Made by a program: the position numbers and the translations under genes
In this document: piece after piece, positions 20,583-29,659 of the stretch
Position numbering within the stretch: position 1 is the stretch's first letter
Layout: every line of letters starts with the position of its first letter
The notes under the pieces: model-generated
The model's input: the letters and a program-made list of their open reading frames with translations, nothing else
The model's database searches: none
Told to the model about the DNA's origin: nothing
NCBI GenBank assembly: GCA_043778225.1
Contig: JAYWGM010000051.1
Span: 24,861-88,860 of the forward strand
Source of the DNA: Deinococcales bacterium
GTDB lineage: Bacteria > Deinococcota > Deinococci > Deinococcales > JAAFIG01
DNA length: 64,000 bases
Direction: 5' to 3'

Positions 20583-21105
20583 GTGGCACAACATCGGCTA
20601 ACCAAACACCATTGTCTGAGCAATAAAATTTGTGTCCAGTGCGGTGCATCTCGAGCGCCCGAACTTTTAGAATCACAGCTTTTCCATGCCGACTGCCGAC
20701 TTTATGGGCGGTTTGGGTCTCGGCAGACAAATGCACATGATGGCGCTGCATTCGTTCTAAACCAGACTCGAGAATGGCTGTCAGTGCTTGGGCGGTTGTG
20801 CCATGAAACAGAATCTCTGGTGGCTCGAGCGGCGTTAAACCAAGTTCGACTGGCACACTATGCCCTTGACTGGCACGAATGTTTTCTTTGGTTTGGTCAA
20901 AGGCAAAGCGTTGTTTATCATTTTTTTGTACCACCTCTTCGAGTTCGGCTCGAGTAAGCGTAAAACCTTTACGATTAAGGGCTGAAAGAAGGCTATCTAC
21001 GGCAACCCAACCACTGACCGAAAGCGCTAACCCAAGGCGTTCTGGCTTGTGACGCAGGGCTTTAGACATGGTTTTGCTGATTTGTATGAGACGTTGGTTT
21101 TCCAT
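20560..21105 (-). CDS. kptA: RNA 2'-phosphotransferase (Tpt1/KptA family)
   Basis: LRHKPE, NDKQRF, IRASQGHS, LFHGT, RHHVHLS and NGVWL motifs. Confidence 0.93.
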   Translation of the reverse strand: MENQRLIQISKTMSKALRHKPERLGLALSVSGWVAVDSLLSALNRKGFTLTRAELEEVVQKNDKQRFAFDQTKENIRASQGHSVPVELGLTPLEPPEILFHGTTAQALTAILESGLERMQRHHVHLSAETQTAHKVGSRHGKAVILKVRALEMHRTGHKFYCSDNGVWLADVVPPRFLEVL

Positions 21106-21192
21106 AAGTCTATTCTGAGGCTTCTCGAGTCAAAAGTATTGTGCATCATGGCTTAGGTTTATCTAAGTGCGATAGACAATCGGGGTCAGATT

Positions 21193-24075
21193 TCAAAGTC
21201 CGACTTCCAAGCCTCGTTTTTGGGCAATCAGCACGGCTTCTTGGTACTCAGCTTGAGCCATCGGGTCGGGCGATTGCTGGTTTTTGACCAGTGGTAAAAG
21301 CTGCTCAAGTTGGCTTTGTGAACCATATTTTAAGATTGCAATGGTTGCCCTGATTTGGGCAAATGGCACTTGGGTTTGCAGCGCCGCTTCTAAGCCATGC
21401 TGTATGGCTTTTTCTATTTTCTCGTGGCGCTCGAGACGGTGGTACAATTCGCACAAACGTCCCCATGCCAAAGTGCGGCTGGTGATGTCGCCGTTGAGGG
21501 CATTATCCTCGTACTGCTGAACAGCTTCTTGGTCGCGCCCCAAGCGCATCAGGGTAGCTGCATAGCCATTTCGCAAATACTGGGTGTTAGAAAATTGTCC
21601 GTAAGACAGTGCTTCTTCGGCAATCTGGATCGCTTCTAGGTTGCGGTTGGCGTAATTAAGCGCCCACATCATTTGAATACAGACACTCACTTGGGCATAG
21701 CGAGCGGAGGTGCGTCTTGCCATATCCAAGGCTTGGAAATGCAGTTCTAGGGCTTTTTCATAATGCTCGGTATCGTCGTAAATCGCCGCTAAACTCGAGA
21801 GAATAACAGCTAAATCGCCGCTTTCGCCGTATTGAGCTAAGCGCAAACGGGCTTTTTCGAGCAGCGCTATGGCTTCTGGGTAACGCTGCTGGGCTTCAAA
21901 AATATCAAAAGCGATTTCTTCAAAGTGGCTTTGGGTGTACTCAAATTGCTCGAGTAGCGGTAAAGCATTTTGGATACACTGGGCAGCGTTTTGTAAATCG
22001 CCTTTGGCATAATGCCACTCGGCTTGAATTCGCCATGCCATCGCTCGGTCGCGCACTGAACCAAGCAGCAATTGCTCGGACAGCGCCAAAGCAGCTTGGT
22101 ACTGATGCAATTGCAAATGACACAAGGCACTTTGCGCCACTGCCTCGAGTAATTGTGGTGCTATTTCTAAAACCCGATTCAACACATTGAGCGCTTCTTG
22201 TGGCAAACCAAGCCGTTGCAATTCCAGACTTTCCTCGAGCAGCAAGGGCAGGGCTTTTTTGGCTTGTCTGGCTTGTAGATAATGCTCGGCTCGAGCCAAG
22301 CGCGGCAGGCTTGGTAAACCACCCGCCCGTTCGTGCCAATTGCTACGACGCACTGCCGACAGGCTACGGTAAACACTCTGACGCAGTAAATCGTGAATCA
22401 ACTGCCCATCGCGGGTCATGGCAGCAAATTCAAGTTCCTCGAGTGCATCGAGCAAGGCTGATTGAGTCATGCCAGTCAGGACAATCAACTGGTCGTGGTC
22501 AATCTGTTTTAAGACACTGGCTGCGCCAAGCAGGCGCTGCGTGGTTTTTGATAAACGCAGCACTCGGGCAAGAATTAGTTCTTCGATGCGACCAGGAACA
22601 ATAAATTCGCTGTAATCGAGGGTCAGGTTGTCGAGCGCACTTTTCCAGTTATTTTCGGCAACCCGCAATGCACCACGCAAAAATAAATCGCGGATAATCT
22701 CGAGCATAAAAAATGGATTTCCAGCCGTATGACGAAATAAAAATTCGCTAAAAACAGGATATGAGCTTTCTGTGCCAATCAGACTCGAAAGCAGCAAGGT
22801 AGCCTCGGCTAAGGAAAACGGCAAAAGTAAAATTCGTTGGGCTTGCCACGCGGTCAGGCAGGACTCGAGTTGGGCTGAGGTTTCGTGTTGGCGCAGACTT
22901 GCTAGGCAGCGTATTTTGGCTCGAGCCACAAAAAAAGTCAGGAATTCAAGGGTTGCAGGGTCGCTCCATTGTAAATCATCGAATAGCACTGGGCTTGACT
23001 CGAGTTCTAAAAGACGAGCAAAAGCCTCGAATAAACGCATTTTACCGCTTTGTGGGTCTATGTTGGCGGCATGGCTCGAGAATCTTGGTACAACTCGTCC
23101 GATGTCCTCGCTATAAACCCCAAGTGAGTTAGCGTTTTCGGGGGTGTAGGCAGCCTCCGCCCAAGCGATTAAAGGCGCATAGCTCAGACCTTCTAAGCCC
23201 TCAATACAGCGCAAAACCCGAGCATCGGCAAAAACCTCGAGCAGTAAGCGGGTTTTACCAACGCCTGGCTCACCCATGACCACCAGCAATTTGGCGTGGC
23301 TTTGCTGGATTTGTTGCACTTGGCTGGCTCGAGCCACCAAACGCGGTGGGTGTGCAACCAAGGCTGGGATGCTTGGCGCAGTCGGTAGTGTGTCGGGCAA
23401 GCGGGCTGCCAAAATCATTTGATACAGTTCTTGAGTGGCTGCTTTGGGAGCTTGGGCAAACTCTGCTTGTAATACATCCTCAAATTTTCGATATGCCAAA
23501 AGTGGTAGCTCGCGTTCACCAGACAGATAGGCAGCTTGTAAATAGAACTGCAAAATGGTTTCATCAAATTCGTCGTGCTGCCATAAACGCCACAATAACT
23601 GGGCAGCGCTGCTGGCTTTTTTTTGCTGCATCAGCCCTTGGCTTTGCGCCAACATGGCTTCGCGCCATGCCCCCTCGAGTCGGTTGCGCTCGAGCGTTAA
23701 CCACTCGTCAAAAACAAAACCTTCGATACTGGCGTTGGGTAAAAGTGGGGCTTGGTATAACTCAAGTGCCACGCCCCAATCGGTTCTGCCGAGTGCATTT
23801 TGAAAGGCTTGGACATCGGTTGGAACACAAAAACGCAGACGTTGTGGTTCGACCTCGAGTGCCTCTGCCCACGGTAAGGCTTTGGCACGGTTCAAAAGTA
23901 ACCGTAAATAATGCCGTGCCACAGGTTCGGGACTGTCTGGACGCAACAGCCTTGCGACCTGAAGACGTGAGACCCAAGTTTGTTGCAACGCCAAATAACA
24001 CAAGAGCAAAACAGGTTTAGTCAGCCCTTGTTCGTGTCCAAAAAATTGTGGTACGTGGCTCAATAGAGAAAGCAC
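21193..24075 (-). CDS. SARP-family regulator: wHTH-BTAD-AAA ATPase-TPR (STAND type)
   Basis: LLLCYLAL..SR..VARLL wHTH; Walker A GEPGVGKT; DDLQWSD; TAGNPFF; TPR repeats. Confidence 0.9.
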   Translation of the reverse strand: MLSLLSHVPQFFGHEQGLTKPVLLLCYLALQQTWVSRLQVARLLRPDSPEPVARHYLRLLLNRAKALPWAEALEVEPQRLRFCVPTDVQAFQNALGRTDWGVALELYQAPLLPNASIEGFVFDEWLTLERNRLEGAWREAMLAQSQGLMQQKKASSAAQLLWRLWQHDEFDETILQFYLQAAYLSGERELPLLAYRKFEDVLQAEFAQAPKAATQELYQMILAARLPDTLPTAPSIPALVAHPPRLVARASQVQQIQQSHAKLLVVMGEPGVGKTRLLLEVFADARVLRCIEGLEGLSYAPLIAWAEAAYTPENANSLGVYSEDIGRVVPRFSSHAANIDPQSGKMRLFEAFARLLELESSPVLFDDLQWSDPATLEFLTFFVARAKIRCLASLRQHETSAQLESCLTAWQAQRILLLPFSLAEATLLLSSLIGTESSYPVFSEFLFRHTAGNPFFMLEIIRDLFLRGALRVAENNWKSALDNLTLDYSEFIVPGRIEELILARVLRLSKTTQRLLGAASVLKQIDHDQLIVLTGMTQSALLDALEELEFAAMTRDGQLIHDLLRQSVYRSLSAVRRSNWHERAGGLPSLPRLARAEHYLQARQAKKALPLLLEESLELQRLGLPQEALNVLNRVLEIAPQLLEAVAQSALCHLQLHQYQAALALSEQLLLGSVRDRAMAWRIQAEWHYAKGDLQNAAQCIQNALPLLEQFEYTQSHFEEIAFDIFEAQQRYPEAIALLEKARLRLAQYGESGDLAVILSSLAAIYDDTEHYEKALELHFQALDMARRTSARYAQVSVCIQMMWALNYANRNLEAIQIAEEALSYGQFSNTQYLRNGYAATLMRLGRDQEAVQQYEDNALNGDITSRTLAWGRLCELYHRLERHEKIEKAIQHGLEAALQTQVPFAQIRATIAILKYGSQSQLEQLLPLVKNQQSPDPMAQAEYQEAVLIAQKRGLEVGL

Positions 24076-24102
24076 AAATCTGATTATTGCTGCTTTGGCA
24101 AT

Positions 24103-24288
24103 TTAACGCAAACCCGATTTGTTTTTGCGTTGCTTGAGGTGTTCTTGGGCTTGCTCGAGCGAATCAAACTCGAGTTGCTGCCCAGACAGTAAATCCAGCA
24201 AGCAGACGTGTTCGCCACTGGCATTTGGCTCAAGCCTGAGTAGGTAACTCGAGCTTTGCAGCTTTTTGGATTTTTTGGTTAGGGTCAT
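24103..24288 (-). CDS. small hypothetical protein directly upstream of the BTAD regulator
   Basis: SYLLRL...LLDLLSGQQLEFDSLEQ; start chosen at the ATG 5 nt after a putative -10 box. Confidence 0.65.
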   Translation of the reverse strand: MTLTKKSKKLQSSSYLLRLEPNASGEHVCLLDLLSGQQLEFDSLEQAQEHLKQRKNKSGLR

Positions 24289-24293
24289 GGGGT

Positions 24294-24328
24294 AGTTTCT
24301 CATAGCAAGCGTCTCAGGTGCGTCTCAG
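24294..24328 (-). promoter_or_regulatory. SARP-type activator site plus -10-like box
   Basis: minus strand CTGAGACGC-ac-CTGAGACGC (11-bp period), 9 nt, GAAACT. Confidence 0.5.
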
Positions 24329-24371
24329 CTAAAAAGTCATCACTCATCCGACTCGAGGTAGACTAGCCCCA

Positions 24372-25433
24372 ATGAGTTTACGAGTGACCCCAATAACCAA
24401 TCCCCTCGAGTGGGATGCTCTTGTCCAAAGTTTTACCTTTCACAGCGCCCTCCAAGGCTGGGGCTTTGGCGAAGCGCGGCGCGTGACGGCTTGGACTCCG
24501 CACCGCCTAAAACTCGAGCGGGATGGCGTGGTTTTTGCGGCTGCCCAAGTGCTGCGGCGCTCACAATACGGACTTGGTTATTTATATTGCCCAAGGGGAC
24601 CTGCCCTAAACAGTCTCGAGGATTTACAAGATGTGGCAGCAGCCTTAAAGTCGTGGGCAAAAATAACCGATGTCAGCCTAAAAATCGAGCCATGCGTACC
24701 GATTCCATCGGTTGGCGACCCAAGCATCATGCCCAAACAGATTGGCGTTTGGAGTCTAGCCGAAACCATCCAGCCTGCCCACACGGTTTTAATCAGTCTC
24801 GAGGAAACCGAAGAAACCCGCCTTGCAGCCATGCACCAAATGGCAAAACGCAACACCAAACAAAGCCTAAAAGAAGGTGTGACCGCCGAACCGGACGACG
24901 ATTTTGAAGCCTTCTGGGAATTGTTTAGCGAAACCAACACGCGCTCGAAATTATTACAACGCTCAAAAGCCTATTACCAAGCGATGTTGCTCGAGTGCGC
25001 TAAGTACGGTGGTGAAGCCAGAATCATCAATGCTCGCTGGAATGGCAAGGCATTGGCAACTTGTTTTGTGATTGGGCTGGGCAATGAATTGTGCTACTTG
25101 TATGGCGGCAGCATCCGAGCCGAACGTGAAGAAGGGCAGCGCGACCCAAAAGCCCCCAACGGCGCGTACTGGGGCATGATACGGTTTGGTCTCTCGAGAA
25201 AATATAAGACTTTGGATTTGTACGGCATTCCTAAGCGGATTGACGAAAGCACAAGCGAAAAAATCAGCAATGGAGTCTATGAATTTAAGATGCGGCTTGG
25301 TGGGCAAATGGCATATTTTCCAGCTTATGAAATTGCGCTTAATCCACTCTCGAGTGCGGTCAATACTGCCTTGCGCTGGCGGCGCAAAGCCATGAATCGT
25401 AAAGCTCGAGGCACAGATGATGATGTCCTATAA
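24372..25433 (+). CDS. FemAB/FemX-family peptidoglycan bridge aminoacyltransferase
   Basis: LQGWGFGE, YCPRGP, LKIEP, YLYGGS, DLYGI and GVYEFKMRLGG motifs. Confidence 0.9.
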   Translation: MSLRVTPITNPLEWDALVQSFTFHSALQGWGFGEARRVTAWTPHRLKLERDGVVFAAAQVLRRSQYGLGYLYCPRGPALNSLEDLQDVAAALKSWAKITDVSLKIEPCVPIPSVGDPSIMPKQIGVWSLAETIQPAHTVLISLEETEETRLAAMHQMAKRNTKQSLKEGVTAEPDDDFEAFWELFSETNTRSKLLQRSKAYYQAMLLECAKYGGEARIINARWNGKALATCFVIGLGNELCYLYGGSIRAEREEGQRDPKAPNGAYWGMIRFGLSRKYKTLDLYGIPKRIDESTSEKISNGVYEFKMRLGGQMAYFPAYEIALNPLSSAVNTALRWRRKAMNRKARGTDDDVL

Positions 25434-25442
25434 TCGAAACTT

Positions 25443-25514
25443 GAGAAGTGGCTGGACACACAAAGTACCTTGGCAAATGAAATGGGCGTACAACAAAGCC
25501 TGATTTCTAAAGTG
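25443..25514 (+). pseudogene. fragment of an XRE-type HTH gene
   Basis: start-less frame reading TQSTLANEMGVQQSLISKV, an HTH_3-like helix pair. Confidence 0.4.
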
Positions 25515-25799
25515 AATTACAAAATTATTTTTAAGTCATTAAGCCAAAGCAGGCTGCTCGAGCCTCAAACGTAAGGTAGCAATTCTAAGTAATCCAAATG
25601 CAATCAGTACAGAAGTTGTACAAGTAAACCTTGAGCTTCAAAAGATTTGACCGCTAAATGATGTTTGTCTGTTGCGTCTCTTTTTGTAACTCGAGGAGAC
25701 CATGATTTTATTGTGGCATAAAAGCAGGTCTATGCAAAGGCTCGAGATGAAGCAAGCTGCTCGAGTGCTAAAACCAAAAAAGTCGAGTACAATCTAATC

Positions 25800-26030
25800 A
25801 TGACATTAACCCTTGAGAATCCGGAACTAGAAGCTCGATTGCTCGAGGAAGCCATAAAACGTGGTTTGAAACCTGAGGAAATAGCTCTTGAAACACTACA
25901 AAATTCATTCGTACCAATCTTGCATCATGATGCTGATTTTCTCATTGGTATTTGGAACGAAACCGAATACCAAGATTTTTTATTGCACACCAAACAATTT
26001 GAGCAATTAGATGCGGTTCATGAACGATGA
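25800..26030 (+). CDS. putative VapB-type antitoxin
   Basis: 76 aa; RHH-like N-terminus; ATGA overlap with a PIN gene. Confidence 0.75.
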   Translation: MTLTLENPELEARLLEEAIKRGLKPEEIALETLQNSFVPILHHDADFLIGIWNETEYQDFLLHTKQFEQLDAVHER

Positions 26031-26446
26031 ACACTCGAGTCATTTTTGATACCAATGCGTACAGCAATTTATTCCGAGGTCAACCCGATTGTATCGAAAT
26101 CCTGCGCCTATCACCAAGAATCGCTGTGCCTGTTATAGTCATGGCAGAACTACTCAGTGGTTTCCAAAACGGTAATCGGTACGCTCAAAACCTTGCCAAA
26201 CTCGAGGAATTCTTAGCTTTACCTCGAGTAGAACTAATTTTCCCTAACCAAGAAACAGCTTTTATTTACTCGAGCATCAATGTAGCACTTGGGCAAGCAG
26301 GGCAGATAATACCAACCAACGACCTTTGGATAGCAGCAATGGCTGTTCAGCATCAGAATCCACTTTTTACTTTTGACACGCATTTCTCGAGGGTAGAAGG
26401 ATTACGATTTGGTTTAAGTGCAACGGAAATTGGTTTAAGGAAGTAA
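26027..26446 (+). CDS. vapC: VapC PIN-domain toxin
   Basis: IFDTNAYS ... IPTNDLWIAA ... TFDTHF. Confidence 0.92.
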   Translation: MNTRVIFDTNAYSNLFRGQPDCIEILRLSPRIAVPVIVMAELLSGFQNGNRYAQNLAKLEEFLALPRVELIFPNQETAFIYSSINVALGQAGQIIPTNDLWIAAMAVQHQNPLFTFDTHFSRVEGLRFGLSATEIGLRK

Positions 26447-26492
26447 AGCAGATTTTTTCTTCACTTGAGCGCAAGCAAATCATAAAAACAAA

Positions 26493-26891
26493 TCAAGCGC
26501 TAAGTAGCTTCAAACCCTCCACGCCCAGAAAATCGTTTTTATCAGCCGTCAACAATGGTATGCCTGAACTCAACGCAGTGGCTGCAATCCACGCATCTGC
26601 TCCTGCTATTGGGTAGCCGTTGCGTTTGGCACTGATGTTCACTTCTACCCAAGCTTGAGTGACGGTTTCATCATGTGGTAAGAACCCAAATCGTGATTCT
26701 ATCCAACGTTCTAACTTGGCTTGATTGGACTTTGACCAGTACGCTGACCATACAAGTAATTCGGCTCGAGTTTGAAATGAAATAATTTTGCGGCGATTCT
26801 CGAGGACGATACGAAATGGTTCACTTTGTGGTGTTTGACGAAATAAATAACTGACAACGTTGGTGTCTACAATTGCCGTTTGTGGGGTCAC
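26493..26891 (-). CDS. vapC: VapC PIN-domain toxin
   Basis: IVDTNVVSY ... ADAWIAATA ... LLTADKNDF. Confidence 0.9.
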   Translation of the reverse strand: MTPQTAIVDTNVVSYLFRQTPQSEPFRIVLENRRKIISFQTRAELLVWSAYWSKSNQAKLERWIESRFGFLPHDETVTQAWVEVNISAKRNGYPIAGADAWIAATALSSGIPLLTADKNDFLGVEGLKLLSA

Positions 26892-27148
26892 ATTGCATCC
26901 TTTGGAATATCAAATTCAGGAGCGTCAGGGTCTGTTCCTTCTAAAAACTCTTCCCAAGTTGTGATTGGTGCGTTCAGAATTGCGTTTCGAGTGGCTTCAT
27001 CAAGGTGCGCGTATTGGGCTACTTCTAAGGCTCGCTCGAGTTCGGCTTGTGATGGTTGCTCGAGACTTAAAAGCAGTGCTTTTGCCAATTCTCCACGTTC
27101 AGTAAGTGGTAATTGCAGTGCAGCGTTTTTCATTTCAATAAGGCTCAT
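26888..27148 (-). CDS. putative antitoxin (addiction-module component)
   Basis: ALQLPLTERGELAKALLLSL motif; acidic C-terminus; overlaps the PIN gene. Confidence 0.75.
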   Translation of the reverse strand: MSLIEMKNAALQLPLTERGELAKALLLSLEQPSQAELERALEVAQYAHLDEATRNAILNAPITTWEEFLEGTDPDAPEFDIPKDAM

Positions 27149-27220
27149 GCTTATATTGTGTCACAAAATTTGTTTTTTGCAAATACAAACGGCAGTCTAT
27201 TGCTCGAGAAAACCGTACAG

Positions 27221-27236
27221 TCGGTCATCTGACTGA
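27221..27236. promoter_or_regulatory. 7-2-7 inverted repeat, candidate NarL-family response regulator site
   Basis: TCGGTCA-tc-TGACTGA; second copy at 29639-29654 in the opposite orientation. Confidence 0.55.
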
Positions 27237-27272
27237 CCCCGCGTTCATATCAAGCAGTTAGAATCAGCCACA

Positions 27273-28742
27273 ATGAAAGCCCCCATGCTGGCTCTGATTT
27301 CTGTGTTGCTATTTGTTGCTATTGTCATTCTTGATTTATTAACCCCACAGCGTCTTGTTGCGGCAATTTTACTAAATATCCCAATTGCCCTGTCTGGCTT
27401 GGTACTTAAACGCCGTTTTACTTTTGCTTTGGTGCTGATTGCCGTGGCAATGGATGCCATAGCTGGGCTGATTAACGCCTCCTCAGAAGGTGGTTTTGAT
27501 TCGGTTAGTATCCTAAACCGTGTTTTGCTGGCAATTTCTTTTATTCTGGTGGGCTTTATGACGGTGCAACTGACCTCATTCTCGAGTCGGCTCGAGAAGG
27601 CGCGGCTCGAGGAAGCCCGTTTGCGGCGTGAACGTGACCGTGAACGAATTGCCGCGATTGGACAAGAACCTTCACTCGAGGCTGCCCTGCATAAAGCTGC
27701 CGAGGTGCTGGCGCAGTGTTTTGAGGCTCGAGGGGTGCTGCTCTCCAGTGCTGGTATGAGTCAGTTCAGTCCGCCTCGAACGGCTTTTCCGGCGACCCAA
27801 AGCGCTTGGAGCATCGGCAGTGCTATTCCTTCGCGGCTGCTTGGTGCGCCACCCAGCCAAACAATAGCTTGCCCAGCGCCCAGCGAGTTTGGCTTAAATG
27901 CCAATCATGCCTTGATTGCAGGTTTTGAATGGGCGGGTCATGCGCCAATGCTGTTGGCGTTGCTCGAGCCACAGAGCCAAACTGAGTCGTTGCAGTCGTT
28001 ATTGCCAACCCTGCGGGATGCGTTAGAACGTGCCGAACTGAGCCAGCGTTTGGAGCGCAACCGCACCGAACTCGAGCGCCGCGCCGAAGTCATCCGCGAT
28101 TTGGTCTATGCTTTTAGCCATGATCTCCGCACGCCTTTGGTTGCCAATGGGATGAATATGCGTCTGGCACTCGAAGGTGCGTTTGGCGAATTACCCGAAG
28201 CCTATTTGCGGACGTTGCACAATGGTATCGAAGCCAACGAGGATTTACTGACCCTTGCCGATTCGTTGTTGGTGTTGGCAAAACTCGAGTCCGAACAAAT
28301 TCAAAGTACGCCCCAAGCCGTCAATCTCGAGAATGCGGCGCGGTCAAGTGCAGCGCGGTTGCCGCAAAGTCAATTTATTTGGCAAGTCAGCGGCGAAACA
28401 GACGTGCTTGGGAATCCTGCCGATTTGCGCCGAGTGATTCAGAATTTACTCGAGAATGCAGCCAAGTATAGCCCAGCCAACAGCCAAATCGAAATTAAAC
28501 TCGAGCCACACGAAAATGCAGTTCGGCTTGAAATTTCAGACCGAGGACAAGGCGTGCCTGTCGAACTCGAGCCACGTTTATTTGGACGTTTCTCGAGTGG
28601 TAAAGCTGGTGGTGGGACTGGACTGGGCTTATATTTGTCTAAGCGGATTTCTGAAAGCCATGGCGGACGGATTGGCTATCATCCTAGGGTTGGCGGCGGC
28701 AGTGTTTTCTGGCTCGAGTTACCCAAAGCTGGTGTGGCATGA
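27273..28742 (+). CDS. membrane sensor histidine kinase
   Basis: N-terminal TM bundle; H-box FSHDLRTPL; NLLENAAKYS, DRGQG and GGTGLGL motifs. Confidence 0.93.
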   Translation: MKAPMLALISVLLFVAIVILDLLTPQRLVAAILLNIPIALSGLVLKRRFTFALVLIAVAMDAIAGLINASSEGGFDSVSILNRVLLAISFILVGFMTVQLTSFSSRLEKARLEEARLRRERDRERIAAIGQEPSLEAALHKAAEVLAQCFEARGVLLSSAGMSQFSPPRTAFPATQSAWSIGSAIPSRLLGAPPSQTIACPAPSEFGLNANHALIAGFEWAGHAPMLLALLEPQSQTESLQSLLPTLRDALERAELSQRLERNRTELERRAEVIRDLVYAFSHDLRTPLVANGMNMRLALEGAFGELPEAYLRTLHNGIEANEDLLTLADSLLVLAKLESEQIQSTPQAVNLENAARSSAARLPQSQFIWQVSGETDVLGNPADLRRVIQNLLENAAKYSPANSQIEIKLEPHENAVRLEISDRGQGVPVELEPRLFGRFSSGKAGGGTGLGLYLSKRISESHGGRIGYHPRVGGGSVFWLELPKAGVA

Positions 28743-28789
28743 CATTCAAGGCTGGTGTGGCATGACATTCAAAGCTGGTGTGGCATGAC
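28724..28789 (+). repeat. about 3 x 23-bp tandem repeat across the HK/RR ATGA junction
   Basis: unit CAA(A/G)GCTGGTGTGGCATGACATT. Confidence 0.9.
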
Positions 28790-29411
28790 CTACACAGTCT
28801 TTTTGGTTGAAGATCATGCGTTTACCCGCGATGGTCTGCGAGTGGCACTGCAACGCGACCCAAATCTACAAGTGGTTGGCGAAGCCCGAAGCGGCGAAGA
28901 AGCCCTCGAGCAGTACCCTAACTTTAAGGCGGATGTGGTTGTGATGGACATTGGCTTACCGGGCATAGATGGCATCGAAGCCACCAAACGCTTAAAAACC
29001 CTCTATCCAAACCTCAAAGTCGTGATGCTGACCGTCCATCAACTCGACCAAGAAGTGCTGGCAGCCTTGGCAAGCGGTGCAAATGCCTACTGCCTAAAAA
29101 GTACCGACCCTTCGAGTTTACGCCTAGCGGTGCAAGCTGTGGCGATGGGTGGCGCGTATCTTGACCCACAAATCGCCCATGTGGTTTTAAACCGCATTAC
29201 GCCAATCAATCAAGACAGTGCAGTGCTATCGCCTCGAGAACTCGAGGTGCTGCGTCTAATTGCCGATGGACTAGGCAACAAAGACATTGCGCTGCGGCTC
29301 GAGATTAGTTTAAGTACCGTCAAAACCCATGTCGAAGAAATTCTAGTGCGTTTGAGTGTTTCTGACCGTACCCAAGCCGCCGTTAAAGCCCTACGGCGCG
29401 GGATGATTTAG
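28785..29411 (+). CDS. NarL/LuxR-family response regulator
   Basis: VFLVEDH, VVVMDIGLPGIDG; LSPRELEVL..GLGNKDIA..STVKTH HTH. Confidence 0.95.
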   Translation: MTYTVFLVEDHAFTRDGLRVALQRDPNLQVVGEARSGEEALEQYPNFKADVVVMDIGLPGIDGIEATKRLKTLYPNLKVVMLTVHQLDQEVLAALASGANAYCLKSTDPSSLRLAVQAVAMGGAYLDPQIAHVVLNRITPINQDSAVLSPRELEVLRLIADGLGNKDIALRLEISLSTVKTHVEEILVRLSVSDRTQAAVKALRRGMI

Positions 29412-29581
29412 CCACGCAGCAAAGAAAATACCATTGCTGCCACAAATATCCCAACCAAGCTACTGATAAACCATTCGGTCAAGTTTGGTTTCTGATTGAC
29501 TTCGCGGCGCAGACCAGCCAAAAAACCTCGAGTGGCAAGAATTCCAAAGCTGGCAGCACCAATCACCAAAAACATATTCAT
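29408..29581 (-). CDS. 57-aa two-TM small membrane protein (absent from the ORF track)
   Basis: MNMFLVIGAASFGILATRGFLAGLRREVNQKPNLTEWFISSLVGIFVAAMVFSLLRG; preceded by the 7-2-7 motif. Confidence 0.6.
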   Translation of the reverse strand: MNMFLVIGAASFGILATRGFLAGLRREVNQKPNLTEWFISSLVGIFVAAMVFSLLRG

Positions 29582-29638
29582 GACCAAATTCTATTTTTTA
29601 CTGGTCAAACGCACCATCGGTCACTCGAGCGGGGAGGG

Positions 29639-29654
29639 TCAGTCAACTGACCGA
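29639..29654. promoter_or_regulatory. 7-2-7 inverted repeat, second copy
   Basis: TCAGTCA-ac-TGACCGA; extra half-site TCGGTCA at 29617. Confidence 0.55.
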
Positions 29655-29659
29655 GGTCT

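Noticed and set aside
19959..21105. rnhB and kptA as an RNA-repair operon
   Set aside because: The genes are convergent with separate promoters, and no rtcAB or other repair genes are nearby.
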